From Yuukianura sp. NJ FZ-2021 (lineage: Eukaryota), in the NCBI GenBank assembly GCA_046563655.1, contig CM102287.1, forward strand, positions 5,146,001 to 5,210,000: 64,000 nucleotides of DNA, written 5' to 3'. Below, one piece after another: positions 48,401-60,400 of this stretch. The notes under the pieces are model-generated. The model was not told where the DNA came from. It searched no databases and was given only the letters and a program-made list of their open reading frames with translations. Every line of letters begins with the position of its first letter. Position 1 is the first letter of the stretch. Both the position numbers and the translations under genes were made by a program.

Positions 48401-51400
48401 CAGCAACTTATTTCCTTTTACTAATTTACCGCAACGTATTTTCTCTCGACTTTTTTTTCTTCCTGTTTTGAACTGCACATGCTCAGTGCAGGTCTAACGT
48501 TGGTGCGTGACTTGAAAAATAAACCGGGAAAAGTCAACGTCCACCTCAGGAAGTGACTCAAGTTTCCAAAAAACCGAGAAAAACTCAATGCCAAATGTTC
48601 GTTAGCCTTTAGCCACAAAAGTTAGGTTTATACAAGTTATGTTAGTGCTCTCAGGCTATTTTTTGGATAGAGTTAAGTTAGCGTCTACTTGATGGTGACA
48701 GTTTGCAGTCTGAAACGTGATAGGTTACGCAAGATTCAAATTTCATAGACCACTTTTCGTTTTTTTCTTGTGTATTTACTTTCAATGGGGATTCAAATTT
48801 CAAAAGTTCTTAGAATGAAGAAACTGAAAATACAAAACTGACAAAAATTTATTTATAACTTTCATAAATTGGATCCAAAACCGTAAGATAAAGTTAGACT
48901 TTGGAAAGTATGGAAGATGGCTTTCGTTTTCGAAAAGGGAATTCCAAACCACGACAAAGTTTAGCATTCCGTTCCCTCTCGATTACATAACTTTCAAAAG
49001 AAAATGTACGATACACAACAAGCTCTCAGTTAAGTTAGGCTAGTTTTGAACCAAACCCACAACCATGTTCTCTCTACAAGGCCCCACTGGACACATGGAG
49101 AGGACGCAAGTAATTCTGGAAGGAGAAAGTTTGTCTATAAAATACCAAAAATGACTTTCTCTCCACAAGGTTTACACACGACAAGGGAGGAAATATTGTG
49201 GAATTTGTGGAAGGATGAGGAAAACTTGAAAAAAAAACTGTTCCCCCGCCTGCCACCAAAATCTGTGGCACTAAACAGTTGATTGGATCGAAGAGAAAGT
49301 GGAAAACAAACAATAAATAGAACTTTCACCAATTGGTTTTTCAAAAAGCAAACAAACAATAGCTAAACCATAAAATCCACACAACTCCAAATCCATCGGC
49401 ATTCTTCCCATTGAATAGCGTATGGGTTTCTAAAAAACCTAATGTGACAGTCTTGAATTCTTTGCATTCGAAAAAAAGTTTATAAAATTCAAAATAGCAC
49501 CTTCACGAAATCTGTATGTTGAAATTTTTAGTCTACGTAGATTGCAGTAATAAAAATTTCTGGCGTGGTTTGCCAATTTTCTTCTTTTTCCTTGTTTTTT
49601 TTTAATTTTATAATTTTGGAAAGCATTACTAGTCTTTGTAGCAATCGGCAGTCTTTAGGCTCGGGAAAAACATTAACTTGAGAATTCATCAAAATTTTGA
49701 ATCCTTTTTAAAAAGAATTCTGAACGCCGTGGTTTCTACTGTAGACAAGTGCTAAAACACAGTTTCAATGTCAATATGAGCGTAGAAATACGTAAATTAC
49801 CTTTGCAAGAAAGAGGACATTGCATTCTTGTGGTTGGACATGAGGCCACGAATGCGCATGTTCGTGCTTCTTGAGCCCCCGAACATCATGGAACTCATGA
49901 GAACAGTCACATTTAGTAGCATTTTCATCTTCACGTGACTGGACCACTCTACGAGCCCAATTGATGACTGTGGCCCAGTCAGGACTCCTTAGAATGAGTT
50001 CCTGTTGTTTCCGAGGGTAAGGGTACGTGTAGTACTGCTCAGAAGATTTATTACTTAAATTAGACACTGGGCGGGAAACAGGTTCTTCATGTGGACCCTG
50101 GGCACAAGTCCCTGGACACACAGACTCTTGGTAGAAATAAGTGTTATTGCTCCCTGCCGCAGGAACGGCGGCTGTGTAGTACTGGTCCCCACCCGCCTGA
50201 CCCCCACTGTCAGGGTCAGGGTGGCGGTGGTAGCGGACCACCGGAGTAAAGGCTCCACCGCCCCTGCCCGGTGGAACTCCACGTACAAATGGACTTGCAC
50301 CCCGCCCTGCTACGCTGTAGTGCGCAAGCGTGGCATAGTAAGTCGTCGAAGCCTCTTGCCCCCCTCGCCCCTGACCTTGATGCCCCCCGACCCCTGCACA
50401 GGAACTAATAGTTGAGCCTGCAACGGACGAATTGCCGGAAGGAATGCTCCCACCACCCCCATGGAGTCGGCCATTGAACTGACCTTGAGGTGGGACAACA
50501 CTGCTGGTGATGGAACTAGCATCGTCCCCACCCCCAGCCCCAGTTCGGTTTTCCCACGAACTTAAAACGTTTGAGACGAAGGTGTAGAGCTCCTGGATGG
50601 AGTCATAGTGTTGAAGGGGTTGCTGGGGTCGAGGTCCACTGCGTCCAGCTTGTTGTTGAGTTAGTTGCAAATGCTGCAACTGCTGACTCAGTTGCAGTTG
50701 GTGCTGAAACTGTTGGCCCAATTGCTGTTGCTGCTGTTTATGATGCTGCTGCAACAACTGTTGACTGAGCTGCTTTGGCTGCAATTGCTGACCCTGCTGT
50801 TGCTGCAATTTCTGTTGACCCTGTTGCAGTTGCTGCTTCGGCTGCAATTGGTTCTGACCTTGCTGTTGTTGTAACTGCTGCTGCTGACCTTGCTGTTGTT
50901 GCAACTGCTGCTGACCCTGTTGTTGCTGACCTTGCTGTTGCTGCTGTTTCTGCTGCTGCGGATATCGAATAAGCGTATTCGGAAGAAGTCCTCCAGAACT
51001 TCCGGGATTGCTCTGTTGAGAGTATCCCTGTGCAGAGGCCTGCGGCTGTCGGAATGCCGCTGGCGACGGATGTTGCGGCGGCTGACCTTGACCAGGAGGA
51101 CCTCTGCTTGGGAAGCTGGTGGCACTGGGAGCTTGTGGGGCTCGAACTGGCGGCTGGGCTCTTGCGGTCTGGTTTGGGCGAGGGCAGGCTCGACGTGGGT
51201 TCTGGAACGGTTCCACCTCAACGGGAGGTGGGGCCTTTGGAGTGGTTCGGTTAGGGCGAAAGATGATGTTGACACTGACGTATGTGGCTACAGCAGAAGG
51301 GGAACGGAGTTTGGCAAGCCAAATAAATTGGTATCTCAGGCACGATCTCTGTCTTTGTCTCACTTAAGGAAGACGGAGTTCCTTCCCTTGCCAATCCACG

Positions 51401-54400
51401 CACCACCCTAACAATTCACCTCTCGACGTGTCATTTAGACACCGTCGAACTCCTCCATTCTTCGCCAGTTTTTTGAAAAAATAACATTGGTTAGGGTTGA
51501 AAAAAAACCTAACCTAATGCCTGTCACTGGTCCTCAGTCTTTGATAGAGTTGTAACTCCTCAATCACTTCAAACTTTCACCTTCGTTTTAGAAAAATGTA
51601 AGAAAACTTAAGAAAATTTTAAACTCGGTTGCCTCCCGTCCGCTGTCATCACTTTCACCATTGACTCATGAGTCATGACTCACGAGTCACGCAACGTGAC
51701 TCTTCCGCGAGAATCGACCCTGGTATATTGTAGACGTTATGTTGAATCGAGTATTCAACCTTGGTATATTGTAGACGTTATGTTAGGTAATGTAACTTTA
51801 GAGGAAGCAAAAACGCGGAGCGTGTCAGGATAAGACTAACTTGGGAATTCATTAGAATAGTACTAGCAAGATTCCACGTTCAGCCTTATTAATGTTCTCG
51901 TCTAGTGCTTTCTCCTCCACTTTCTTTGACTTTCCTTCATCCCATGTTCACTTTCTTCACAAAAGTGGAGAAAGCAGATGCGACCCAAAACTTAGGTTAG
52001 GTGAAGCAGAAGCACAAGCACGAAACTTTCAAACGCAAAACTGGGCACACGCTTCTCTTTTCTCTTCAGTTACTTTCTCCCATTGAACCTTTAAACTCAC
52101 TTCCAAAACTAAACCAAAATCCCAAATCCGATTTGGATTTTTAGCAGAACAAACCCAGACATACACCAAAGAACGAACGCCTAACTTTACTTTTGGGTTG
52201 TGTTATGTTAGGGTACGCTTTCTGATGTGAATCGCGGTCATGGTTATAGTCAAGATCAGAAAAAAAGTCGAAACGATTTCACCATTTCACAGTTTTTCCT
52301 AAAATCCACCATCACCGTTCAAATTCTCCGCCATCAGGCGCTCAAATTCAAGTTTTGGCGCTTTAAACAGCCACCTTATATGCATGAACACTGGCACGAC
52401 TGTCGAGGAAGCCAATTTGAGCTTCCAAAGCCTTTTGAAAAAGCTCCAACACCAAAAGTCAATGGAAACAGCAGTGCTTTTCAAGCTAATGAGAACTCTT
52501 CTGCTTTCACACTTTCTCCAAAGGCACTTTTCCTTCTCTTTCTTTGTGTATATCCCAGATAAGATTCAAAGATTCGTTAGCACAGGCAGGATTTGGAGAG
52601 CTGTCCAAGCCTTTCCTTTGTTCCCAACTCACTAGCTCGTCTCCTTAGTTTCTCCTTCACAACCTTGGATAAAAGCTGAACAGAGGCTAACTTAAGGTTT
52701 AGGTTCCAAAAGTCAGAAAAGAGAAAGTTGGGGTATAGTAAACGTCCAGAGTGAAAGTTGGACAAGCTAGAGCACTACTACAGTCAAAATTGAATAGAAA
52801 AAACTAGAACTGGAGAAAGTAACTAGGAACTTTCTCCGTCCAGAACCACGGAGTCACTTCTACTCACCGAAACCCAGCGTCTCGGTTTTCTTCGACGAAG
52901 CTCCAGTTTCACCAGGATTTTAGCCTATAGCTCTCCCATTCATGCGCTCCACCTGCCAACATCCCACTCCACATCTCAGCTCCTCCGCTTATAGCCTTCT
53001 TCTTTATTAAACACGTTCTGCACTCATCTACTAACGCTTGGGAGTTAGTCTAAAAAGTATTTACATTCAGGACTAAAACCACTTCAAAGGTTGGAACTCA
53101 AATAAAGCGTTTCTGTTTAGACTCTCAAAGGAGACGAAAAAAACATGGAGGGATATTAAAAAGTGTTGCTTTTTGAACCATTTGAGACAGGGCGATGCAG
53201 CCATATAGGAACAACCCTGTTTGCTTTAGCACGCGTCGAAACTTGAAAGTTTTCTATCCAAATGGTTGCTTTCACCTCTTGACCTTAGACGAAATCCAAT
53301 ATGAAGCTCATTAGTCGTTTATTTAAGCTTAAACTTAATTAAAGTTCAACACAAACTTTTCCCTAACTCTGAGCTTTTCGCTTTCACTCCTACGCAACAC
53401 AAGTTTTTGTAAACACTGGGCATTTGGAAAGGGTGAAATTAAGTGAAGCCAGGAAAATGGCTAACTGTACAATCAAAACTTTCTAAACCTTTGTCTATCC
53501 AATTTAGTGATACTGTTTGACTTGGGCGCAGATTTGCCCCCATACACTTTCATTCCAACTGTGCAACTTTAGTAATACACAACTCAAATTGAATTAAACC
53601 TAGGGAGAAAACATAGTTTGTGTCCTAGCAAAATATGCATAACCTAAAGCCTTAGTTTTTAATTCCATTAAACCAGCAGGGAGGCTTTAGTGTTAAATCC
53701 TAGCTAGACTGAAAGTTAATTAAAAGAGACAGGTGAAACAAGTGCTGGAGGTTGGCTCAGCTACTGCGTGGTGCTTGGTGTCGTAGACTTTTAGAACATG
53801 ATAAATTTTGAACACGATTCTAAACATATGTTAAGCAGGAGCCCTAAACTTAAAACCTTGTTCTAAAACTTATGTTGTTAACATGTGCATAGTTTATAAA
53901 CTAGGGTGCGGCGTAGGGTGAGTGTTTGAGTGCAAAGTTTTCTAAACTTTCACAACAAAGAAAGCAAAACTAAGTGAAAAGCTCAAGTTTACATCTTAAA
54001 TTTTTCAAAATTTTTAAATTTTTAAATTCATGAATGTCTAATGTCGTGGTATTCGTGCTGGATTGTCTTAAGAACAAATAGACTTAGATAGTGTAATTCG
54101 TATTCTCTTCATTACAGGGTTTTCAGCTCACAACGGTCATCCGGTCAAAAACAATTCACTCTACAGCTATTGTACCAAAACTCAAAAAATTGAAAATTTA
54201 AATATCTGTGTTTATCAAATTAATCAATTATTGCAAATTTAAAAAAAAACTACAGGAAAAAGAAAAAGCCATTATACAGTTAAGTGCGTTCAACCTGGTT
54301 TGTCAAATCAAGCTTGCGAATTATTAATCTCAGAGTTATTCTCTACCGAAAAAATTTACAAGTGGCGGTTTCAATACTAATTTTTTAAAACTACGCTTAA

Positions 54401-57400
54401 TTGACAACAGTGCTAATTAATACGAGTTTTGATTTAATAGTTTTGAAACTGTAAATTAGTAAAAACAAAAGCAAAGCAAACCTCAAACATTGCAATCCCA
54501 GTAGAAAGTCAAAACTGTACAAGTTGGCATATAGTTCGTTTTTGTATTCAGAATTCAAATTCTAAAGTCGAATTCCAACTAAAATTCACAAGTTCGCAAA
54601 ACGTTTTTAAAAAATATTTTTGACTGAATTGCTTTTGACCCAATTCCGGTTGAGCCGATGGCGTGTGTGGGTTCGTTGAGACCTACGTTATGTTAAGGTG
54701 CTCTCTGATCCTGCTTCTCCATCTTCCTAGAACTACAGCGCGTGTGATTAGTTTTGAATTTAGCTGAAAACAGGAAGGAAGGATCTGCTTAGAAGGCTTG
54801 ATCCAAGTCCTCATCCTCATCTTCCTACCAACCAACAAACAAAAGAGGAAATCAAAATGGAGATTCGCTTTCACTCCCACTTTCTCTACTATTCATGTAG
54901 GGAGACACATAGCTAGGACTTTCTGGAAGGATCCAATCAATCTCTATGCTTATAAGTCCCTTCCACCAACGTCACTGGGGAAAAGAGGCTCAGAATCTCC
55001 AAAATCCATCAAATCTCACAACCTCAAACACACAAAAATTCCTAATCTCCCCACCCTGCTCTTCCTGCACATTTCTTTTCTTTCCAGAAGAAAAATATCT
55101 CAGGCAATTCAATTTAGTAGGTAAGGGAATTCCACATTTACTCAAGACTCCAAGGACTCGAGTTTTCTAAATCATTTTTCAAAAGCAATTTGTTTAAATT
55201 ACAGCAATTTTAAACGCGAGCTTTTAGCATCTTACTGTAGTTGCTTTCGTTTCCGTTTTTACAACGTAGTTTAAGATTTTGAGAGACGGATTTGCGAATT
55301 TCTCAGAGAAAGTTCAACTTTCTTTGAGAAATTTCAAATTCTATTGCTGTTTCTGCTTTACTGCTTTAAATTGTCAAGATTTCTTTGAAATTCTTTTGTA
55401 AGGGTTAACAAAAGGGCTTTCAATTTTTGAAATTCAGAAAATTTTAGATCCAATTTCCCTTCGATCGGAACATGTAGTGAAAGTGATGGGTTTTGGAGGA
55501 AAGGAAGGAATAAAGTTGACCTGGGTCACATTTCGAGGCATTTGAGAGTTTGAATTTGGAGCCATAAAATGTCCTAGATGCATTTCCATTGAAAGGAAAA
55601 GACTTTAGGACTTTCTCTCCCTAGAAATGGAGCCTAACTTTCCTTCTCCTAGGAGACACAATAACGATCAACTTTGGCTCTTAAGCCGCCCATTCCCCAG
55701 AGTAATAAAAAGTATACAGTAAAATATGTTAATGGCCATAAGAGCCTAAATGGCCTAACCTAAAATGTAACCCAAACGTTATAGAAAGTAAAACTTACCT
55801 CAGACGATGTTAGGTAACAGAGGCGAGAGTCTGCTGACTCCACTGAAGCCTGTTGACGAACTGAACTGAATTTATTATGGTGGTGATGTGTTCCGCCAAT
55901 GTCTCGATCCGAAAAATACCCACTTCGGTTGTCTCTATCCGAGAAATAGCCTGACCTTGTCACACTTCCCATCTCCTGACGATCGTAAGGACCACTTGAC
56001 CTGGAACAAAAAGAAATAGAGGTCACATTCCCACTTTCTCTTTTGTAGTCGTTATAGTCCTGAAAAACTATTTCCAACTTTCTCCAACTTTTAAACAATG
56101 TGTCAGGAACATAGGAACGGGAAAGAGTTGTTCTGAAATATAGTTTTGACTTGATTTATGGCTCTCTGGGAATGTCCTCATCTCCGCCTACTTTTGCTCT
56201 TCTGATGAGGAAATATGGCTTCTCCTTTTCCTGACTTTAAAAAAAAGCGGGAAACTTTTGAAGGAAGCATTTCATGTCGTCCTAGAGTTAGTGCGAATAT
56301 GGTGAAAGACGAGAACCTAGCCTAACTTTGTTCCTTTTTCTACTAGAGAACTCTTCTAATGGGCTCTTCATTATGTTAAAAAAGGCGGAAATTTGGAAAA
56401 AGAAAAAGAGAAAGCGGAGACAGAATACATTAGGAGATTACCATTGTGCAAATTGTCATATAAAAATGTTATGCTCAAATTTGGCTGGAGAGGAAGCATC
56501 AAAGTAGAGAGATCAAAGAGTAAAATCGGATTAAAGCTCTTGCGAAAGGCCAGACTAATCTAACTAAGAACTTTGATTCTGAAAGGTCAAAGTATATCTT
56601 AAGAGAGGTCAAATGTCAAATGTCAAAGTTCAAATTAATCGCTTCCAAACAACATGAGTCCAAATGGAATTAATCTCCCTGTGCCTAATGGAATTGAAAG
56701 TTCCATTTTCTGCAAATAGAAAGAAGAAAGAGAGCTCCCATGGTTTGGTTGGAGTATAAATCTTGACCGTTACATTTCCTGTCCATTGTCACTGTCGGTG
56801 GGAACGTTCTTGATGGTGGTAGTGGGTCAGAGCTGGATCTTACGTAACGTTAACCCAACTTTTGTGAGTGCAAAAAGTTAATCTTTTTCAGTTTTTGAAC
56901 CGTGAGAAACAGCAAAGCATTAGTGAAGTAGTTTCACTTTCACTTCTTAGAGAAAATGAAAGTGATAAATTTGAATGATCTGTGGCGGTATCCTTAGTTT
57001 TAGGTGAGTTTTGGGTTATGTTACATTAGGTTTGGGGTTAAGGTGGAAGTTGAAAAGGGGTCACGTACCTTGAGTTATGATCACTCAGGTATCCACGGTC
57101 TCTGAAATCCGAGTAGTAGCCACTGAGCATATCCGAGTCACGCGACTCACGGGAAGCCTCCCGTGAACTTCCCCGGAAATTGTCTCCACGACTCGAGGGA
57201 ACAAATCGTGGAAGTGTAGTTGAGCGTGAATTGGGTGGAACAGCTGCTGTAGAAAACCAGAAAGAAAACGAAAAGTTAGACTAAAACTAAACTAACAAAA
57301 GAAAACTGTTACGGAGGAACAACTAGAAGTTGGAAGAAAACAGAAAGTGGGAATTGCTCTGGGGGAGGGAGAAAGTGTGGGAAAACGTAACAAAATAAAG

Positions 57401-60400
57401 CACACAAAAATAAGTAACTGCAACTTTGTCATAATCCACTTTCTCTAATTTCTAACTTTTTCCTTATGGCGAACCCCTTTAGTTTTCTAAACGAACAAAT
57501 TTTCATCCTAAACTTTCTCTTCCAATTTCATAATTTCATCAAGAAGGCACGCGTCAGAAACGGCTGCATCTTTAAGAGAAAGAAAATCATGACAAATCAA
57601 ACTACAAAACTTTCATCACCAAAAGGTTTATTAAAGAACTTTTAAAAATTCCAAAACACAGAAATCTTCTAACGGAGTGCTCAAACTTTCACTGGTTTGC
57701 TAAAAAATTCGGAACACGAGAAAATTATTTTTTAGGAAATTCGCCCGCTTTCTCTCATGATTTCGCCTTAGAAGGAAGGAAATTTCGAAATTTTGTTTTA
57801 CATACGAACTTAAATTGTGGTGCCTTCAAAAGAAATTAATTGAAAACGCAAGTCTCTGTCGGAACATAGAAAATGGTGTGAATTTTAGCACCTTTGTAAT
57901 TTAGGTTTTAATTAATTAAAATGTAGAAAAGAAAACGAAAACATAAAGAATCTAACCGCGTGTATTTCATTTTGTCGCGTTTACTTTTGTTTCGTGTTTG
58001 GTCAGTTGTTAATTTACATTGTCCAAAAATTATGGAAGAAAGTTGTAGTTCCTAAGTAAACCTTGACACGCAAGACTTTATCTTCTAACCTAAACTTTTA
58101 AGGTTTGGCTATACTGCATGCAGCTCCCGTTGTCAAAATGTAATCAACCGAAACCCACGACCACCTCACGCGACATTGAAAACGACAATTTCATGCATTA
58201 CATAGTCCTTTTTTCAAATAGAAATTCGCCAAAGATAAACTGCATCTTGGGATTGCATTATCTACAAAAATTATGTAACTTCTCAACACTACGGTAAGAA
58301 AAATAGCAAATGATTTTCAAGTTTTTCAAAAATAATATGTTGCATTCGCTGCCTCGTTCTAGAATTCTGCGGTTTCGAAAATTGTTGGATCTAAACTTGC
58401 TTTTACAGTGAAAGTTGGAGTAAAAAGTTTAAAAAGTTTTATTCCGGAGGATTCAATTAATGTTGAACAAAGGCATTGCGTTCGCATCGTTGCTTTTGTT
58501 GCTGAGGTCATCAGAATTTTCAAACACTCAAAAAGTAATATGCTTTCACTGAAAATGGACTTTGAAGGAGTTTCAGATTTTAAAATTTTGCTTACGGGAA
58601 AACGGGAGAAAATGCGCTTGAAACTGGAGCTTCCAAAGAAAATCCGATTGTCTATTTTATAAGAATGAACGAGTGGAGAAGGAGAGAGGCACAGAGGAGC
58701 ACTTTACTTAAGATTCCCGTATTACTTAATCCCATTAATTACTGCATTAAAACAATAATTAACGCACTGAGGCATAAGTGGAATAAGTAATAAACGAACA
58801 GAGGGGGGACACCCAACCGACTTTTAAGAAGCTTAAATTTCCATGAATTCATTCCTTTCTTGAGAATTCTTTGAGCTGGAAACTAAAATACGTCGCAAAA
58901 TTTATAATTAACACACGAAAATACGAAAAATTTACAAAAGAATGTGTGAATCAAAACATAACAACAAGAAACAAAACATAAAATTTCGAAATACAAATGA
59001 AACATTTGACCTAACTCGAAATTATTTTTTAACATGTCCATGCTTTAATGAAAATTTCAGTGGAGGGAAAGCCAGGTTAATTTTGAAACCCAGAAAAGAA
59101 CGATGGCTAACAATGGATTTATGCTAAAGTTGATCAAAACTTACCTAGATTTTCGTTGCTTTGTGAAATGATTGCTTCGAAGGTGTGAAGACTGTAGCTC
59201 TCGGCGTCCATTCCTTTTGCGAGCGTATTTCGTAAATGTTGTTCGTATTCCAGAAGGAGTCGAGCTGTTGGTGACCCTGGCGAAGGACTTTTCGGAGCTA
59301 GTTTTAAAACAAGGAGCGTATTTTTAAAAATTCTAGAATTGCATATTTTCTAAAATTTGAAAACATTAATAAAGTACCATCTCCTTCGGGACTTGAGCTT
59401 GGTGGGGTTGTGGCGTAGTAGGCGTGGTCAAATGTAGGATGATGGTGGTAGTGACGATGGTCCACAACTGGTTCTGCCTTCTTTCCATAACCCGTCTGCG
59501 TTCCAACTCCGCGGCCTAAATCGGTTTCAAAAACAGCGATTTTTTTTAAATTTACGTTTTAGCAAGACAAACGATATATCTAATATAGAAAATGCTTAAA
59601 TGTACTGACGACTTACTTCGTTCTTGAGCTCTGCGTAAAGTTTCTGTACGTTTTCCAGCCTGTCCCTCACGGCTCATAGTAGAGGCATGTCTAATTTCAG
59701 GTTCTGAAATGTATCCATCATGGTAGTAAACTCGACGCGTCGTCTCTGGTGACGTTACGACTGAACCGCTTGACACTGGAATTGGTTTCAGGAGTCTTTT
59801 TAGCGTCTGGCTGTCAGTGAGCGTGTCTCCAGTGGGTGTCGTATTTGTTCCAATGGTTGCTTTTGAAGACAATGTTCGAATACGGCTAAAAACGAAGAAA
59901 ATGCAATGTTAACACTTCGTTTGGAATTGTTTTAGTGAAATACAAGTCGTCTGACCTTGTGTTTGCATATTGCGGTTGATGGGTCAAATGTTCAGTCTGT
60001 TGTTGTTGTGACACGACTTGCTTTGCTGACAGTGAAACTCGGTTGACATCGTCAGTACTTTTGCTGCGACTCTTCTTTCGTTCCATTGTCGAATCTCGTC
60101 CACCGTCTACTCCCGTAGCATCGCTGTAGTCAACTGACTTTGACGCAACGATTTCACGTCCACCACGACCCAAACTTCGTCCACGAGCTTCTGCCCTTCC
60201 GTCTTCAACGTCCGATGCTGTTCCGATTCCCTGGTAGGCAGTTCAAATAAACCAAATTAGTAGCATAAATATCCTAAAAGTATTTAGTTTGCATTAACAT
60301 ATTCAACGCATGCGTTACTTTTGATTCCGTATTTCGACGCAGAGTAGCATATTCTGTCGCCCCTCCTTCTTTTCGTCCAGGAACTGCCTGAAGAGTTGAG

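Noticed and set aside
50571..51411. Leu-rich and Ala/Val-rich plus-strand ORFs
   Set aside because: Antisense readings of CAG/CAA repeats.
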